Source: an uncultured Spirochaetaceae bacterium
GTDB taxonomy: Bacteria > Spirochaetota > Spirochaetia > Sphaerochaetales > Sphaerochaetaceae
NCBI GenBank assembly: GCA_944389115.1
Contig: CALXLE010000083.1
Location: 417 to 64,416 of the forward strand
Reading direction: 5' to 3'
Length of the DNA: 64,000 nucleotides
Below are positions 28,412 to 38,860 of the stretch, one piece after another. Each line of letters starts with the position of its first letter. Within the stretch, counting starts at the first letter, position 1. The notes beneath the pieces are model-generated. The model was not told the origin of the DNA. It saw only the letters and a program-made list of their open reading frames with translations, and searched no databases. Made by a program: the position numbers and the translations under genes.

Positions 28412-29467
28412 CTAGTGTACTTCTTCCTCATCAATCCCAAGATGATGGAGCATTATCATCGAGAACAGCTCCCTTACATTGCCTGGATAGTCATAATCCA
28501 TGAAAGATGTGTAGTCTAGTATTCTGTTATTCGGATGTATTCCTATAGAGGCTTCAAAGTGGGAAATAAGCTCTGGTATATCTTCCTTATGCTCTGCAAG
28601 GCTTGGCATCCTTATCATCACTGGAGAGAGTCTGTAATAGAAGTCCTTCCTCAGTTTGTTTTCCCTCAGCAGTTCCTTCAGATCGATATTCGATGCTGTT
28701 ATCAGGCGAAAAGCCGATTTGAGTACCTTATCCTTTCCAAGCTGTCTGTATTCACCTGTCTCAAGGACATGCAGCAGCTTTGACTGCATACCAAGGCTCA
28801 TATCCTCGATTTCATCAAGAAAGAATGTATTGCCATCAGCTCTTCCGAGAAGACCTTCCCTTTCTTCCGTAGCTCCGGAGTATGCGCCTTTTGAATGGCC
28901 GAAGAATGAGCTTTCAGCTAACTCTGAGGAGAGCAGGCCGCAAGATTCATAGATGAATTCCGATCTGCTTCCGCTCCTTTTGTGGATTTCCTTTGCGGCA
29001 ATATTCTTTCCGGTTCCAGTCTCGCCTGAAAGATGGACTGTGCATCCTGCGTCTATTGCTCTTTTGATTCTTCCGCGAGTCTTCTCCATTATTCCTGAAC
29101 TGCCGATTATGCTTTCCTCAAGAGAATCTATTTTCTCTGTGATTCCTGATGCTAGAGCCATTGCGTTTGCGATATCTTCTTTCAATGAACCTCGTGGGAT
29201 GTATACGGCATTTCCATATATAAGGAATGGATTGATATTGAGGAATTCACTGGCATCATAAAAGACAATGAAGCATAATGCCTTTCCTTTTTCTTTCTGA
29301 ATCTCATATGGCAGTCCTGCTGCAAGATCCATTATTATTGTGTCCTTCTTTGTTATCGGCAAAGAAATAAGATGGTCTGAGGACCGGCATGTCTGGATTT
29401 CCCGTGAATTTATGAAGCTTTTAATGCATTCCGCGTCTTTACGCTCGATGCTGTGCAAGTAGTACAA
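28412..29467 (-). CDS. Sigma54-interaction-type AAA+ ATPase (bacterial enhancer-binding protein core) with an unknown N-terminal domain and no C-terminal HTH
   Basis: Walker A GETGTGKN, Walker B FFLDEIEDM, and the loop GAYSGA in place of GAFTGA. Also R-finger region FYYRL, and YPGNVREL about 18 aa before the C-terminus. TTG start with a G-rich SD. Confidence 0.8.
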   Translation of the reverse strand: MYYLHSIERKDAECIKSFINSREIQTCRSSDHLISLPITKKDTIIMDLAAGLPYEIQKEKGKALCFIVFYDASEFLNINPFLIYGNAVYIPRGSLKEDIANAMALASGITEKIDSLEESIIGSSGIMEKTRGRIKRAIDAGCTVHLSGETGTGKNIAAKEIHKRSGSRSEFIYESCGLLSSELAESSFFGHSKGAYSGATEEREGLLGRADGNTFFLDEIEDMSLGMQSKLLHVLETGEYRQLGKDKVLKSAFRLITASNIDLKELLRENKLRKDFYYRLSPVMIRMPSLAEHKEDIPELISHFEASIGIHPNNRILDYTSFMDYDYPGNVRELFSMIMLHHLGIDEEEVH

Positions 29468-29551
29468 TAGTATCCCCCCGAAAATAAAATATCAGTAATT
29501 TCTGCTAACAGAAATAATTCTATTCTATAAAATACAGGGAAACAAGTAAAA

Positions 29552-30280
29552 TCAGAGGCTTTTATGCGTTATTGTCTGAATTGATGCCGCCGCATATATT
29601 GCCGCAGTTTCTGCCCGCAATATATTTGTCTTAAGGAGGATTGGAATAGCTCCATGATTCTCTGCCAGTTCGCATTCTCTGTCAGAGAATCCTCCTTCTG
29701 GACCTATCAGGCATGAGACCTTATCCTTGATTGGTATATCGGTGATGGATTCTGTTCTTGTTCTTCGGCTCTGATGGAGAATCAGTACAGTGCCTTCTGC
29801 TTCCGCCACAGCCTGGGAGAAGTCCACAGGACCGCAGATCTCAGGAGCCTTGCTTCCTGATTGCTGGACAGCTTCTCTTGCTATCGCATCAATGCGTTCT
29901 GCCATATGGTTATTCCAGGAACCTTCCGAGAATTCGGTGTTCATCAGGACTATCTTCTCTACGCCCATTTCGGTAAGCATGCGTATCTCTGTTTCATTCT
30001 TCTTTCCCTTAAGAATTGAGATGAACATCGTTATAGGGAAGAAAGGACCTTTGAACGATGAGAGGGAATCATTGAGTGTTTCCTCTGGATTGTCGGTAGG
30101 TTCAATAGCCATGCTGTCTTCATTGAACAGGAAAGCCTTGTAATAGATTCCTGATTTATCGACAGCAGTGAATGTATCGTTGACACTCTTCCTCAGCACG
30201 GAGAATAGGTATTTCCTTTCCTTTGCTGAGAGATGGTATATTCCATTGTCTGGATTATGGGATAGAAGGAATAGCCTCAT
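29552..30280 (-). CDS. rsmE: 16S rRNA (uracil1498-N3)-methyltransferase RsmE
   Basis: 242 aa with a PUA-like N-terminus and SPOUT C-terminus (IGPEGGFS, LRAETA). Confidence 0.85.
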   Translation of the reverse strand: MRLFLLSHNPDNGIYHLSAKERKYLFSVLRKSVNDTFTAVDKSGIYYKAFLFNEDSMAIEPTDNPEETLNDSLSSFKGPFFPITMFISILKGKKNETEIRMLTEMGVEKIVLMNTEFSEGSWNNHMAERIDAIAREAVQQSGSKAPEICGPVDFSQAVAEAEGTVLILHQSRRTRTESITDIPIKDKVSCLIGPEGGFSDRECELAENHGAIPILLKTNILRAETAAIYAAASIQTITHKSL

Positions 30281-31704
30281 ACAAGTTCCTCAATGGCTAT
30301 GCGCAGTACCTCATCATACTCAGGATCAGCGACAGGACGGTCATTGTAATCCATTCTGTACAGATACTCGTTCCGTATGAGAAGCATGAGAAGATCCTCA
30401 GGAACACCGGATGATGCATGCTCATCGGCAAATGCCTTTATGCTCTCTCTGCTGTATTCATGGGAGTCTGCGAATGCTTTTATTGAGTCATCGGACATAA
30501 ATGCGGAAAATGCCTCGAGCTCTTCCTCGCTGTACTCTTTGTCCTCTATCACTATATCAGGGGTGATTCCTACATGATGGATATCATTGCCTGATGGTGT
30601 GTAGAAATGTCCTGTCGTTATCTGTATGAATCCGTCAGCGAATGGCCTTACTTCCTGCGATATGCCTTTGCCGAATGTCTGGCTTCCTATTATTTCTGCT
30701 CTTCCATTGTCCTTGAGAGCTCCTGTAAGTATCTCTCCCGAGGATGCGGTACCGCCATTTACCAGAACAACCACTGGATATTCATCCGGAATAAGGGTGC
30801 TGCTATCGGCATTTCTTATCAGAGATTTACGTCCAGACTGCTCTTTGAAGCGTGTTTCCAGAAGCCTTCCGTCAGAAAGGAACATATCTGCGATCTCCAG
30901 AGCAGTCTCAACTGTTCCTCCTCCATTATCCCTGAGGTCGATTATGAATTTATCCGCACCGGAATCAAGCAGCTTCTTTATCTCCTTCTCAGCGGAATCC
31001 GCTGTTGTCATGGAGAATGTGTAGATTGCAATATATCCTATGCCATCATCAAGCATCGTCGATGCGGTTGATGGTGTCGTAACTTTCTCCGGTCTCAAGG
31101 TTATATCGAAGACTGCATCTCCTCTATGGACAGTAAGGACAAGATCCTTTCCCGGTTCGCCTTTCAGCTTTTTTGAGGCTTCAGCGGCAGTAAGCGGAGC
31201 GGTGCTCTCTCCGTTTATGGCACTGATCATATCCCTGCTTCTAAGACCGGCTCTATCAGCAGGGGCTCCAGGGAATACCGATGATATAACGACCATCCAG
31301 GAAGAGGGGTCGGACATATCGCTGTATGATGGATTCATCTTGTAGAGATATGTTCCGATTCCTATATAGCTTCCATCGGAATTCTCTTCATATGAATCCG
31401 CCATATCCGCCGGGATATAGTATGAATAGGGATCTCCCAGGGAATCTATCATGGCAGCTATCAGCTCTTCTTCCATCCTGCTGTCATTGATATCATAGAG
31501 GAAGCTTCTATCAAGATATGCATATAGATTTCCAAGAGAGTATAGTGTCGATGATATCGTCACGGATCTGGATGCAACGATCTCTGCATCATATTCAGGA
31601 GATTCCGACAGAATAGCTGGCGTCGCCTGCTCAGTTCTTCCTCCGGCATAAGCCGTAAAGAGTATCATAATGCACAGCATAGCTGAGCTGATCATTCTTT
31701 TCAT
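30277..31704 (-). CDS. ctpA: C-terminal processing peptidase (S41 family, PDZ-containing)
   Basis: PDZ segment (GAPADRAGLRSRDMISAING), NGGTASSGEI and GKG motifs. The start is chosen at the signal peptide MKRMISSAMLCIMILFTAYA. Confidence 0.85.
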   Translation of the reverse strand: MKRMISSAMLCIMILFTAYAGGRTEQATPAILSESPEYDAEIVASRSVTISSTLYSLGNLYAYLDRSFLYDINDSRMEEELIAAMIDSLGDPYSYYIPADMADSYEENSDGSYIGIGTYLYKMNPSYSDMSDPSSWMVVISSVFPGAPADRAGLRSRDMISAINGESTAPLTAAEASKKLKGEPGKDLVLTVHRGDAVFDITLRPEKVTTPSTASTMLDDGIGYIAIYTFSMTTADSAEKEIKKLLDSGADKFIIDLRDNGGGTVETALEIADMFLSDGRLLETRFKEQSGRKSLIRNADSSTLIPDEYPVVVLVNGGTASSGEILTGALKDNGRAEIIGSQTFGKGISQEVRPFADGFIQITTGHFYTPSGNDIHHVGITPDIVIEDKEYSEEELEAFSAFMSDDSIKAFADSHEYSRESIKAFADEHASSGVPEDLLMLLIRNEYLYRMDYNDRPVADPEYDEVLRIAIEELV

Positions 31705-31864
31705 ATGCAATAAGGATATCCCCATAACGGCAGAATATGCAATTGTTGCTGGTTTCATCAACATTATGGCTATAATATGCTTGTTTAATAAGAATATAGG
31801 AGTCATGAGTATCTGCCTCTTTTGGGAGGTGTCCTATAGCCTTATAATCTGGTAGACTTTCATC

Positions 31865-32872
31865 ATGCTATCTCTTTATCTGACATATCCGGACTGGATT
31901 GATCCCTTTGTGATAAATGGCCTTCCTGTGCGCTGGTATGCCCTTATGTATCTTGTAGCCTTTTTTGTTGCATATCTTCTTGTGCGCTATCAGTGCAGGA
32001 ATGATGGTGTCATCGATATGGATGCGGATGAGACACAATCGCTGTTCTTCTACTGCTGTCTTGGGTTGCTTATAGGTGCACGCATATTCTCTGTGCTGTT
32101 CTATAGCGATGGACTGTATTATATAACGCATCCATGGATGATCTTCTGGCCTTTCAGAAATGGACATTTCGTTGGCCTTCCAGGTATGAGCTATCATGGT
32201 GGTGTTGTTGGATGTGTCATCGGAGGCTGGTTATTCTCAAAGCGCTATAAGAGAAGTCTTCTGCAGATGACCGATCTGGCAACTGCAGGTATTCCTCTTG
32301 GATATACATTCGGACGTCTTGGGAATTTCATAAATGGTGAGCTTTTTGGGCGTGTGACGACAAGCCCTATTGGCATGATATTCCCGCTGGCTGAACCTTT
32401 CTCTACTTATGAGCCATGGGTAAGGGATGCTGCGGACAAGGTCGGAATTGAGTATCAGATGGGACAGCTGATCAATCTTCCCCGTCATCCATCCCAGTTA
32501 TATGAAGCTTTATTCGAGGGCATTATTCTTTTTCTTATCCTCTGGTTTATCATCAGGCCATGGAAGATAAGGAAGAATCTTCCACATGGGACTGTTTTCT
32601 CATTCTACCTGATGGGATATGGTATTTTCCGGTTCTTCATTGAATACTGCAGGCAGCCTGATGCATCTATCGGCTATGTGATATCCTTAGGCAGAGGAAG
32701 CGGGAATATAGCGCTTTTTGAATCATTTCTGAATATATCCGAAGGACAGATCTTCTGCCTGCTTATGGTAGCAGCTGGAGCTATCCTTCTTGGTATCCTT
32801 TCAGCACGGAGGCATTATGATAGCGCAGCGTCTGGAAAAGCTAAGGGCAATTCTCAGAGAAAGAGGCATTGA
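31865..32872 (+). CDS. lgt: Prolipoprotein diacylglyceryl transferase
   Basis: RWYALMY, GRLGNFINGEL and HPSQLYEA motifs. Confidence 0.9.
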   Translation: MLSLYLTYPDWIDPFVINGLPVRWYALMYLVAFFVAYLLVRYQCRNDGVIDMDADETQSLFFYCCLGLLIGARIFSVLFYSDGLYYITHPWMIFWPFRNGHFVGLPGMSYHGGVVGCVIGGWLFSKRYKRSLLQMTDLATAGIPLGYTFGRLGNFINGELFGRVTTSPIGMIFPLAEPFSTYEPWVRDAADKVGIEYQMGQLINLPRHPSQLYEALFEGIILFLILWFIIRPWKIRKNLPHGTVFSFYLMGYGIFRFFIEYCRQPDASIGYVISLGRGSGNIALFESFLNISEGQIFCLLMVAAGAILLGILSARRHYDSAASGKAKGNSQRKRH

Positions 32873-34619
32873 CTGGTATATCATAACAGGGAATGATCCC
32901 CATGGAAGCGAGTATCCCGGGGAAAGGTGGGGAACGCGTGCTTTCATTTCAGGTTTCACAGGTTCCGCAGGGACGATTGCCATATCTCAGGACAGGGCTG
33001 TTCTGTGGACAGATAGCCGCTATTTCCTGCAGGCAGAGAAGGAGCTTGAAGGATCTGGGTATGAGCTGATGAAAGAGGGCATGGAAGGTGTTCCATCCCT
33101 CCGTAGATACCTGATTGATAATGCAGGTAAAGGCATGAGGATCGGTGTCGATAGCGCTGCTGTATCGATTGCTGAATACAGAAGTCTATCAGAAGGTCTG
33201 GCTTCGGTAGATGCGGTAATCATTGATGCCGGTGATCTTATTGATCCTATCTGGGAAAAGAGGCCTCCTGTTCCATCCGAGGCGCCTATCAGGATTATTG
33301 ATGATAAGAAAGCTGGTGAGAGCGTTCATGACAAACTGGAACGCATCAGGAAGATTCTCAGGGAAAGAGGGGCCAGATGGACATTCGTCTCTTCTCTTGA
33401 TGATATTGCCTGGATAACGAATCTCCGCTCTTCGGATATTCAATATAATCCCCTTTTCTATGCATTCCTCTTCATATCGTTATCGAAGGCTGTGCTGTTC
33501 ATCAATAAAGATCGTCTCTCCGGGGATGTTCTGGAAAATGTGAAGAGGAATTTCGCAATAGAATCCTACGATGATGCGGAGGTTCTGCTTCCCTCCCTGA
33601 TAAGAGGGACAGGTCTTTATTCACCTGATAAGACAGCTGCTTTGTTCATAGGTACGGTTGGCAGCAAGCGCAATATTCCCTCCCGTGATATCTCCACAGA
33701 TCTGAAGAGCATTAAGAATAAGGCCGAGCTTGATGGAATGCGCAGGGCCCATATCCTTGATGGCGCAGCTTATGTCTCTTTTCTGGCAAAACTCGATAAG
33801 CTCAATGGCATATATACAGAGACGATGATCTCAGATGCGCTTGAAAGGGAAAGAAAGCGCATGGAGGGATATATTGGTCCATCTTTTGCACCTATATCAG
33901 CATTCGGGGCAAATGGGGCGATCGTCCATTACAGAGCTGATACGGAAAAGCCTTCAAATGTAATGGGGCATGGACTTCTTGTTCTTGATACAGGATCCCA
34001 GTTCAGCATGGGAACGACGGATGTCACCCGTACGCTGTTTTTCGGAATGGAACCTACGGAAGAGGAGAAGAGGGATTACACGCTTGTACTGAAAGGGCAT
34101 CTGGCTCTTCAGTCACAGATATTCCCTAAAGGAACCAGAGGTGTCCAGCTTGATGCCATTGCCAAGCAGTTCCTGTGGAACAATTATTCCGCATTCTTCC
34201 ATGGTACAGGGCATGGGGTCGGATGTACCCTGATGGTCCATGAAGGACCTCAGAGAATCTCCTCTGCATTGATTGACATTCCCCTTGTTCCAGGAATGGT
34301 TGTATCGGATGAACCAGGCTTATATAAAGCAGGGCGTTATGGCATAAGGATAGAGAACCTTCTTGCGGTACGTGAAGATGAAAGCAGTGAGTTCGGAGAT
34401 TTCCTCTCATTCGAGAATCTGACATATGTTCCTTATGAGAAAAGCCTGATTGATGTCAATCTGCTTACAGATGACGAGATAGATAGGATCAATAGCTATC
34501 ATAGAAAGGTCTTCTATATGCTTTCTCCCTATCTTGACAGCTATTCGGCTGAGTGGCTTAAGCAATATGCTTCCCCGATAGAGCATATTTCATTATTATC
34601 AGGGATGGAGGAAATATAA
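32817..34619 (+). CDS. pepP: Xaa-Pro aminopeptidase (M24B, creatinase-N domains)
   Basis: M24 metal ligands in context (DTG...TDVTRT, HGTGHGVG, SDEPG, IENL). GGAGG lies 4 nt upstream of the ATG at 32817. Confidence 0.85.
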   Translation: MIAQRLEKLRAILRERGIDWYIITGNDPHGSEYPGERWGTRAFISGFTGSAGTIAISQDRAVLWTDSRYFLQAEKELEGSGYELMKEGMEGVPSLRRYLIDNAGKGMRIGVDSAAVSIAEYRSLSEGLASVDAVIIDAGDLIDPIWEKRPPVPSEAPIRIIDDKKAGESVHDKLERIRKILRERGARWTFVSSLDDIAWITNLRSSDIQYNPLFYAFLFISLSKAVLFINKDRLSGDVLENVKRNFAIESYDDAEVLLPSLIRGTGLYSPDKTAALFIGTVGSKRNIPSRDISTDLKSIKNKAELDGMRRAHILDGAAYVSFLAKLDKLNGIYTETMISDALERERKRMEGYIGPSFAPISAFGANGAIVHYRADTEKPSNVMGHGLLVLDTGSQFSMGTTDVTRTLFFGMEPTEEEKRDYTLVLKGHLALQSQIFPKGTRGVQLDAIAKQFLWNNYSAFFHGTGHGVGCTLMVHEGPQRISSALIDIPLVPGMVVSDEPGLYKAGRYGIRIENLLAVREDESSEFGDFLSFENLTYVPYEKSLIDVNLLTDDEIDRINSYHRKVFYMLSPYLDSYSAEWLKQYASPIEHISLLSGMEEI

Positions 34620-36268
34620 TGGTAGATTCCCTTAAGAAAAACAATAAGATCAATCGCCGTGGACCTGTCCTTCTTGTAATCATGGATGGAGTTGGTTTCG
34701 GCAAATACAAGGAAGGTGATGCAGTCGCTGCTGCAATGACAAAAAACCTTGATAAGCTTTTCAGTATTGCTCCATGGACGAAGCTCAAGGCTCATGGGCT
34801 TGCTGTCGGACTTCCTTCCGATGCCGATATGGGAAACAGCGAGGTAGGGCATAATGCAATGGGAGCCGGACGTGTGTTCGCACAGGGGGCTAAGCTTGTT
34901 TCGAATGCCATATCCTCTGGTGATATGTACAAGGGAAGCACATGGCAGAAACTTGTAAGCAATGCAAAGAACAATAATTCCACTCTCCACTTCATTGGAC
35001 TGCTCTCAGATGGAAATGTCCATTCGCATATAGATCATCTTAAGGCAATGGTCAGCGAGGCAAAGAAAGAGGGTGTCAAGAAGGTCAGGGTACATGCTCT
35101 TCTTGATGGACGTGATGTTGGTGAGGTATCAGCCCTTGATTACTTCGATCCATTCGCACAGTATCTCGCAGATCTTTCTGCAGACGGTACCTTCGATGCC
35201 AGGATAGCTTCTGGCGGCGGAAGAATGGTTATAACCATGGATCGCTACAATGCAGACTGGAATATGGTTAAGAAGGGCTGGGAGACTCATGTTCTCGGCG
35301 AGGGACGGCAGTTTGCATCTGCGCATGAAGCCATCGAGACGCTTAGAAATGAGACCGGTGCGATAGATCAGGACCTTCCTCCGTTCGTGATTGCGGAGAA
35401 TGGAAAGCCTGTAGGGACGATCAATGATGGTGATTCCGTAATCCTATTCAATTTCCGCGGAGACAGGGCTATTGAGATTTCCCGTGCATTTGATGAGGCG
35501 GATTTCAAGGAGTTCGACAGAAAGAGATGGCCTAAGGTGGAGTATGCGGGAATGATGGAGTATGACGGAGATCTTCATATCCCTCATCAGTATCTTGTAT
35601 CACCTCCTGCTATTGACAGGGTAATGGCAGAGTATCTTTGTGCAACAGGCGTAAAGCAGTTCTCAATCTCAGAGACGCAGAAGTTTGGACATGTCACATA
35701 TTTCTTCAATGGAAACAGATCCGGCATGTTTGATTCCAAGCTTGAGGAGTATGTCGAGATTCCTTCCGACAAGGTTCCTTTTGAGCAGAGACCATGGATG
35801 AAATGCGCTGAGATAACAGACAGAGTCATAGCGGAGATCGAGAGCGGTAAATGGGACTTCATCAAGCTCAACTATCCAAATGGCGATATGGTTGGCCATA
35901 CTGGTGTATTTGAGGCAGTTGTCTGCTCAATGGAAGGTATGGATCTTCAGATTGGAAGGCTCAAGGAAGCTATTGAGAAAGCTGGTGGCGTAATGGTCAT
36001 AACAGCGGATCATGGCAATGCCGATGATATGTATGAGCATGCTAAGAACGGTGATGTGAAGTGCTATGATGATGGCGAGCCAAAGGCAAAGACATCGCAT
36101 TCTCTAAACCCTGTTCCCTGCATCATCTATGATCCAGAGTATAAGGGCGAGTATTCGAAGGAGCTCAATGAAGGGCTTGGAATTTCCTCGATTCCTGCAA
36201 CCTGCATGGAGCTTATGGGCTTTGTGCCTCCCGCTGATTATGACAAGAGCATCATAAATCTCAACTGA
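34619..36268 (+). CDS. gpmI: 2,3-bisphosphoglycerate-independent phosphoglycerate mutase (long ~550-aa form)
   Basis: LVIMDGVG, GNSEVGHNAMGAGR, DGRD and ADHGNAD motifs. Confidence 0.92.
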   Translation: MVDSLKKNNKINRRGPVLLVIMDGVGFGKYKEGDAVAAAMTKNLDKLFSIAPWTKLKAHGLAVGLPSDADMGNSEVGHNAMGAGRVFAQGAKLVSNAISSGDMYKGSTWQKLVSNAKNNNSTLHFIGLLSDGNVHSHIDHLKAMVSEAKKEGVKKVRVHALLDGRDVGEVSALDYFDPFAQYLADLSADGTFDARIASGGGRMVITMDRYNADWNMVKKGWETHVLGEGRQFASAHEAIETLRNETGAIDQDLPPFVIAENGKPVGTINDGDSVILFNFRGDRAIEISRAFDEADFKEFDRKRWPKVEYAGMMEYDGDLHIPHQYLVSPPAIDRVMAEYLCATGVKQFSISETQKFGHVTYFFNGNRSGMFDSKLEEYVEIPSDKVPFEQRPWMKCAEITDRVIAEIESGKWDFIKLNYPNGDMVGHTGVFEAVVCSMEGMDLQIGRLKEAIEKAGGVMVITADHGNADDMYEHAKNGDVKCYDDGEPKAKTSHSLNPVPCIIYDPEYKGEYSKELNEGLGISSIPATCMELMGFVPPADYDKSIINLN

Positions 36269-36290
36269 TTATAACTAGCGGAGAAAGCTG

Positions 36291-36322
36291 GAGGGCCTCT
36301 GTATGAGGCCCTCATTCTTTTT
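36291..36322 (+). terminator. Rho-independent terminator after gpmI (possibly bidirectional with the convergent XRE gene)
   Basis: GAGGGCCTC-TGTAT-GAGGCCCTC followed by ATTCTTTTT. Confidence 0.65.
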
Positions 36323-36708
36323 CATTTCCTGAAAAACTGCAAAGCGATGCATGTAAGACCGATTCCAAGCATTGCCAGACCGGCTTCCGGCTCTAGCTCA
36401 TCTATGATTGACAGAACGGTTACTGCAATACCCATTGCAAGTCCTACGCATTTCAGTACCAGCATTATTGTATCCTGGAAGGTTTCCTTCTTAGGGTCTG
36501 CAGTCCTGCTCTGCATCAGTTCATCAACCGATACACCAAGAATCTCAGCAAGACGTGGGATCGATGAGATATCCGGGCAGGAGAGATCACGCTCCCATTT
36601 CGATACGGCTTTATCTGTGACATTCATCTTTTCTGCAAGCTCGAGCTGGGTGAGTCCCTTCGCCTTCCTCAGCTCCGCTATCATTGTTCCAAGTGTTTTT
36701 CTGTCCAT
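36322..36708 (-). CDS. XRE-family HTH regulator with a C-terminal transmembrane anchor
   Basis: HTH_3 pattern LRKAKGLTQLELAEKMNVTDKAVSKWE. Two hydrophobic helices sit at the C-terminus. AGGAG lies 7 nt upstream of the ATG at 36708. Confidence 0.75.
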   Translation of the reverse strand: MDRKTLGTMIAELRKAKGLTQLELAEKMNVTDKAVSKWERDLSCPDISSIPRLAEILGVSVDELMQSRTADPKKETFQDTIMLVLKCVGLAMGIAVTVLSIIDELEPEAGLAMLGIGLTCIALQFFRK

Positions 36709-36809
36709 TGTACAGCTCCTTATGTAGGATGCTATTATCTTTAGCAAATGAACTCTACCGACAGGAAGTTCAGCATGGTAAACCGCTGGTTTAGATGCAG
36801 TGGAGTCGG

Positions 36810-37580
36810 TCAGAATGTATTCTTTGCAGATATACTCAGCATTATTATTCCAGCAACATAAATCACCACCGACAGCACACCGGTCACTATATCGGTACCA
36901 ATGGAGAGATAGTTGCCGATGATCAGGAAGATGAACGCTGCTGATCTTGTAACGCTATGTGTTGCCCTGTCCTTTGCGACCGCTGCGATGTATGTCGCTG
37001 CAGCTGCAATATAGATCAATGTGATCAGAACAAGGAAGTATGCATCATATGATGATGTGAAGATCATCGATGATGATGTTGTATTCAGCGGAATCGCTAT
37101 TGATATAAACAGAGATGCCCCAATTGCCGAGATAAGGTAAAGCCACATCTTCGAGAGATTCGTCCCGAAGAACTGTACAGCAGAGAATGTGAAGAGGATT
37201 GCTGCTGAGAGAAGGGAGAATCTTGATAGGAATATTATCGTACTCGGTGGAAGAATGGAGATACCGGAGACATCGTAATATATCGGGAGGATCATTGAGG
37301 ATTCGAGCGCTATGAATGTGAATAGAAGAGGGAGCAGGCTCCCATCCTGCGTATGCGCTCTATGCCTTATGCGCAGCACGAACTGAAGGGACATTGATGA
37401 TATTATTATCACAAGCTGCGGGAAGTAGGCGATTATAGTACTGAACCAGCCCTGTGTCCTGCTTCTTACAAGCAGAACGGTCATATGCACGAGCAGGGCA
37501 GCATAGACTATCGAAATGATAGTCTGCATCATAAGCGCTATTGAACCTTTGCGGTTTCTTGCTTTCTTCCTTTTTCCCAT
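36810..37580 (-). CDS. Hypothetical polytopic membrane protein (about 7 TM)
   Basis: 256 aa with a basic N-terminus followed by repeated hydrophobic helices. No enzymatic motif recognised. Confidence 0.5.
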   Translation of the reverse strand: MGKRKKARNRKGSIALMMQTIISIVYAALLVHMTVLLVRSRTQGWFSTIIAYFPQLVIIISSMSLQFVLRIRHRAHTQDGSLLPLLFTFIALESSMILPIYYDVSGISILPPSTIIFLSRFSLLSAAILFTFSAVQFFGTNLSKMWLYLISAIGASLFISIAIPLNTTSSSMIFTSSYDAYFLVLITLIYIAAAATYIAAVAKDRATHSVTRSAAFIFLIIGNYLSIGTDIVTGVLSVVIYVAGIIMLSISAKNTF

Positions 37581-37581
37581 A

Positions 37582-38847
37582 TCAGATTATGTCGCTATAT
37601 GGAATCTCTGTATCAGTATCGATGAAAGATGCAGCTACTGCTGAGCCAAGTGCAGCTGAATATGCATCGATTGCCGCGGCGAATCCGCCGAGAAGCGGAA
37701 GAAGCGCGATCATGGCATTCTCCGCACCATACAGATTGATACCAAGTATTCTCAGAGCAAGCACGGAAATCAGAGCAATCTCTGTTCCGATAGCTGCAGA
37801 TGAGGCGAATGAAACGAGTGCAGCAGCTCCTGCGGCTATTGCGATGACAGCAGGCTCGGGGATGTTCCCGGCTGTGGACTGGAATAGAGGGAGAATCGAT
37901 ATTACGGCTATAGCGGCAGCTCCTCCACGTCCTATTACCGCGAAGAATGGAACAGATACCGATGCGACACGCTTCTGCACTCCATTGTTCTGTCTTGCGA
38001 TACTCTCATTCATCGGAATGGATGCGATTATATTGCCGGTTGCGAATGCTGTGATTATGGAAGCGGCGGAACGATAGAGTATTCTATACGGATTCTTCTT
38101 GAAACGGGTGAACAGGGCGAACAGAAGCGGCAGGATTATCACCAATGATACCAGAGCTGTGATTCCGAGCAATATGGCGTAATCAGGGGCCGCAAAGAGT
38201 GTCTTCTCCTGATAGACATCAATGAATAGGGACGCAGATGATGCATATGCAAGGAAGAAACCGTATACAGTGTACGTCCTTGAGATTCTGTACATCACCT
38301 CCGCAAATGAATTCATGACTGTATAAGCCGGTCTTATTATGTCCGCAGACGGCTTTATAGCAAGGCCGAGTATCCATGAGATTATGATGACCGGAACAAT
38401 GAAATATGTCGCAGTGGCAACTGACCAGAATGCATTCATCGGGTAGAGTGAGCTGCTTATTGCGGAAAGAAGATATGAAACGTGGCCAGAAAGAGCTCCC
38501 GGGGCGCTTCCTGCAGTGCTTGTAACGGGAAAAAGAACAGGGTGGATCGAGTAGACTACAGCAGCTGCTGCTGAAAGCACGATAGCTGATGCTATTGCCC
38601 ATAGAATGACAGCAAGTGCGCATCGAGGTCCTTTTCTGTTCTTCCCAAGCGATGCGATGCCTGAAGGAAGAGTGAATACCATTATCGGGATAGTGATGAA
38701 TATCCCAAGACTTACCAGGAAGGATGAGATTGCCGACAATATCCCGGAGGCATAGACTGCATCACCGAAAAGCAGTGCTGTAGCCAGTCCCATGAGAATC
38801 GCAGCTATATATGTTATCCACGTTTTCATAGGAAAAGGATACAGCAC
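37582..38847 (-). CDS. Divergent dicarboxylate/amino acid:cation symporter-like membrane protein
   Basis: 421 aa, polytopic. The segment AFATGN..ASIP.NES......GV.KRVAS...P..A.IG..G resembles the SDF-family HP1/TM7 region. The start is uncertain (GTG at 38847 or ATG at 38829). Confidence 0.45.
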   Translation of the reverse strand: MLYPFPMKTWITYIAAILMGLATALLFGDAVYASGILSAISSFLVSLGIFITIPIMVFTLPSGIASLGKNRKGPRCALAVILWAIASAIVLSAAAAVVYSIHPVLFPVTSTAGSAPGALSGHVSYLLSAISSSLYPMNAFWSVATATYFIVPVIIISWILGLAIKPSADIIRPAYTVMNSFAEVMYRISRTYTVYGFFLAYASSASLFIDVYQEKTLFAAPDYAILLGITALVSLVIILPLLFALFTRFKKNPYRILYRSAASIITAFATGNIIASIPMNESIARQNNGVQKRVASVSVPFFAVIGRGGAAAIAVISILPLFQSTAGNIPEPAVIAIAAGAAALVSFASSAAIGTEIALISVLALRILGINLYGAENAMIALLPLLGGFAAAIDAYSAALGSAVAASFIDTDTEIPYSDII

Positions 38848-38860
38848 CTCTTTTCATGCG

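Noticed and set aside
29474-29479. C6/G6 run just upstream of the AAA+ gene as a second phase-variable tract
   Set aside because: It has only 6 residues. It sits 5-6 nt upstream of the TTG start, where it most simply serves as a G-rich Shine-Dalgarno sequence, and it is not in a promoter spacer.
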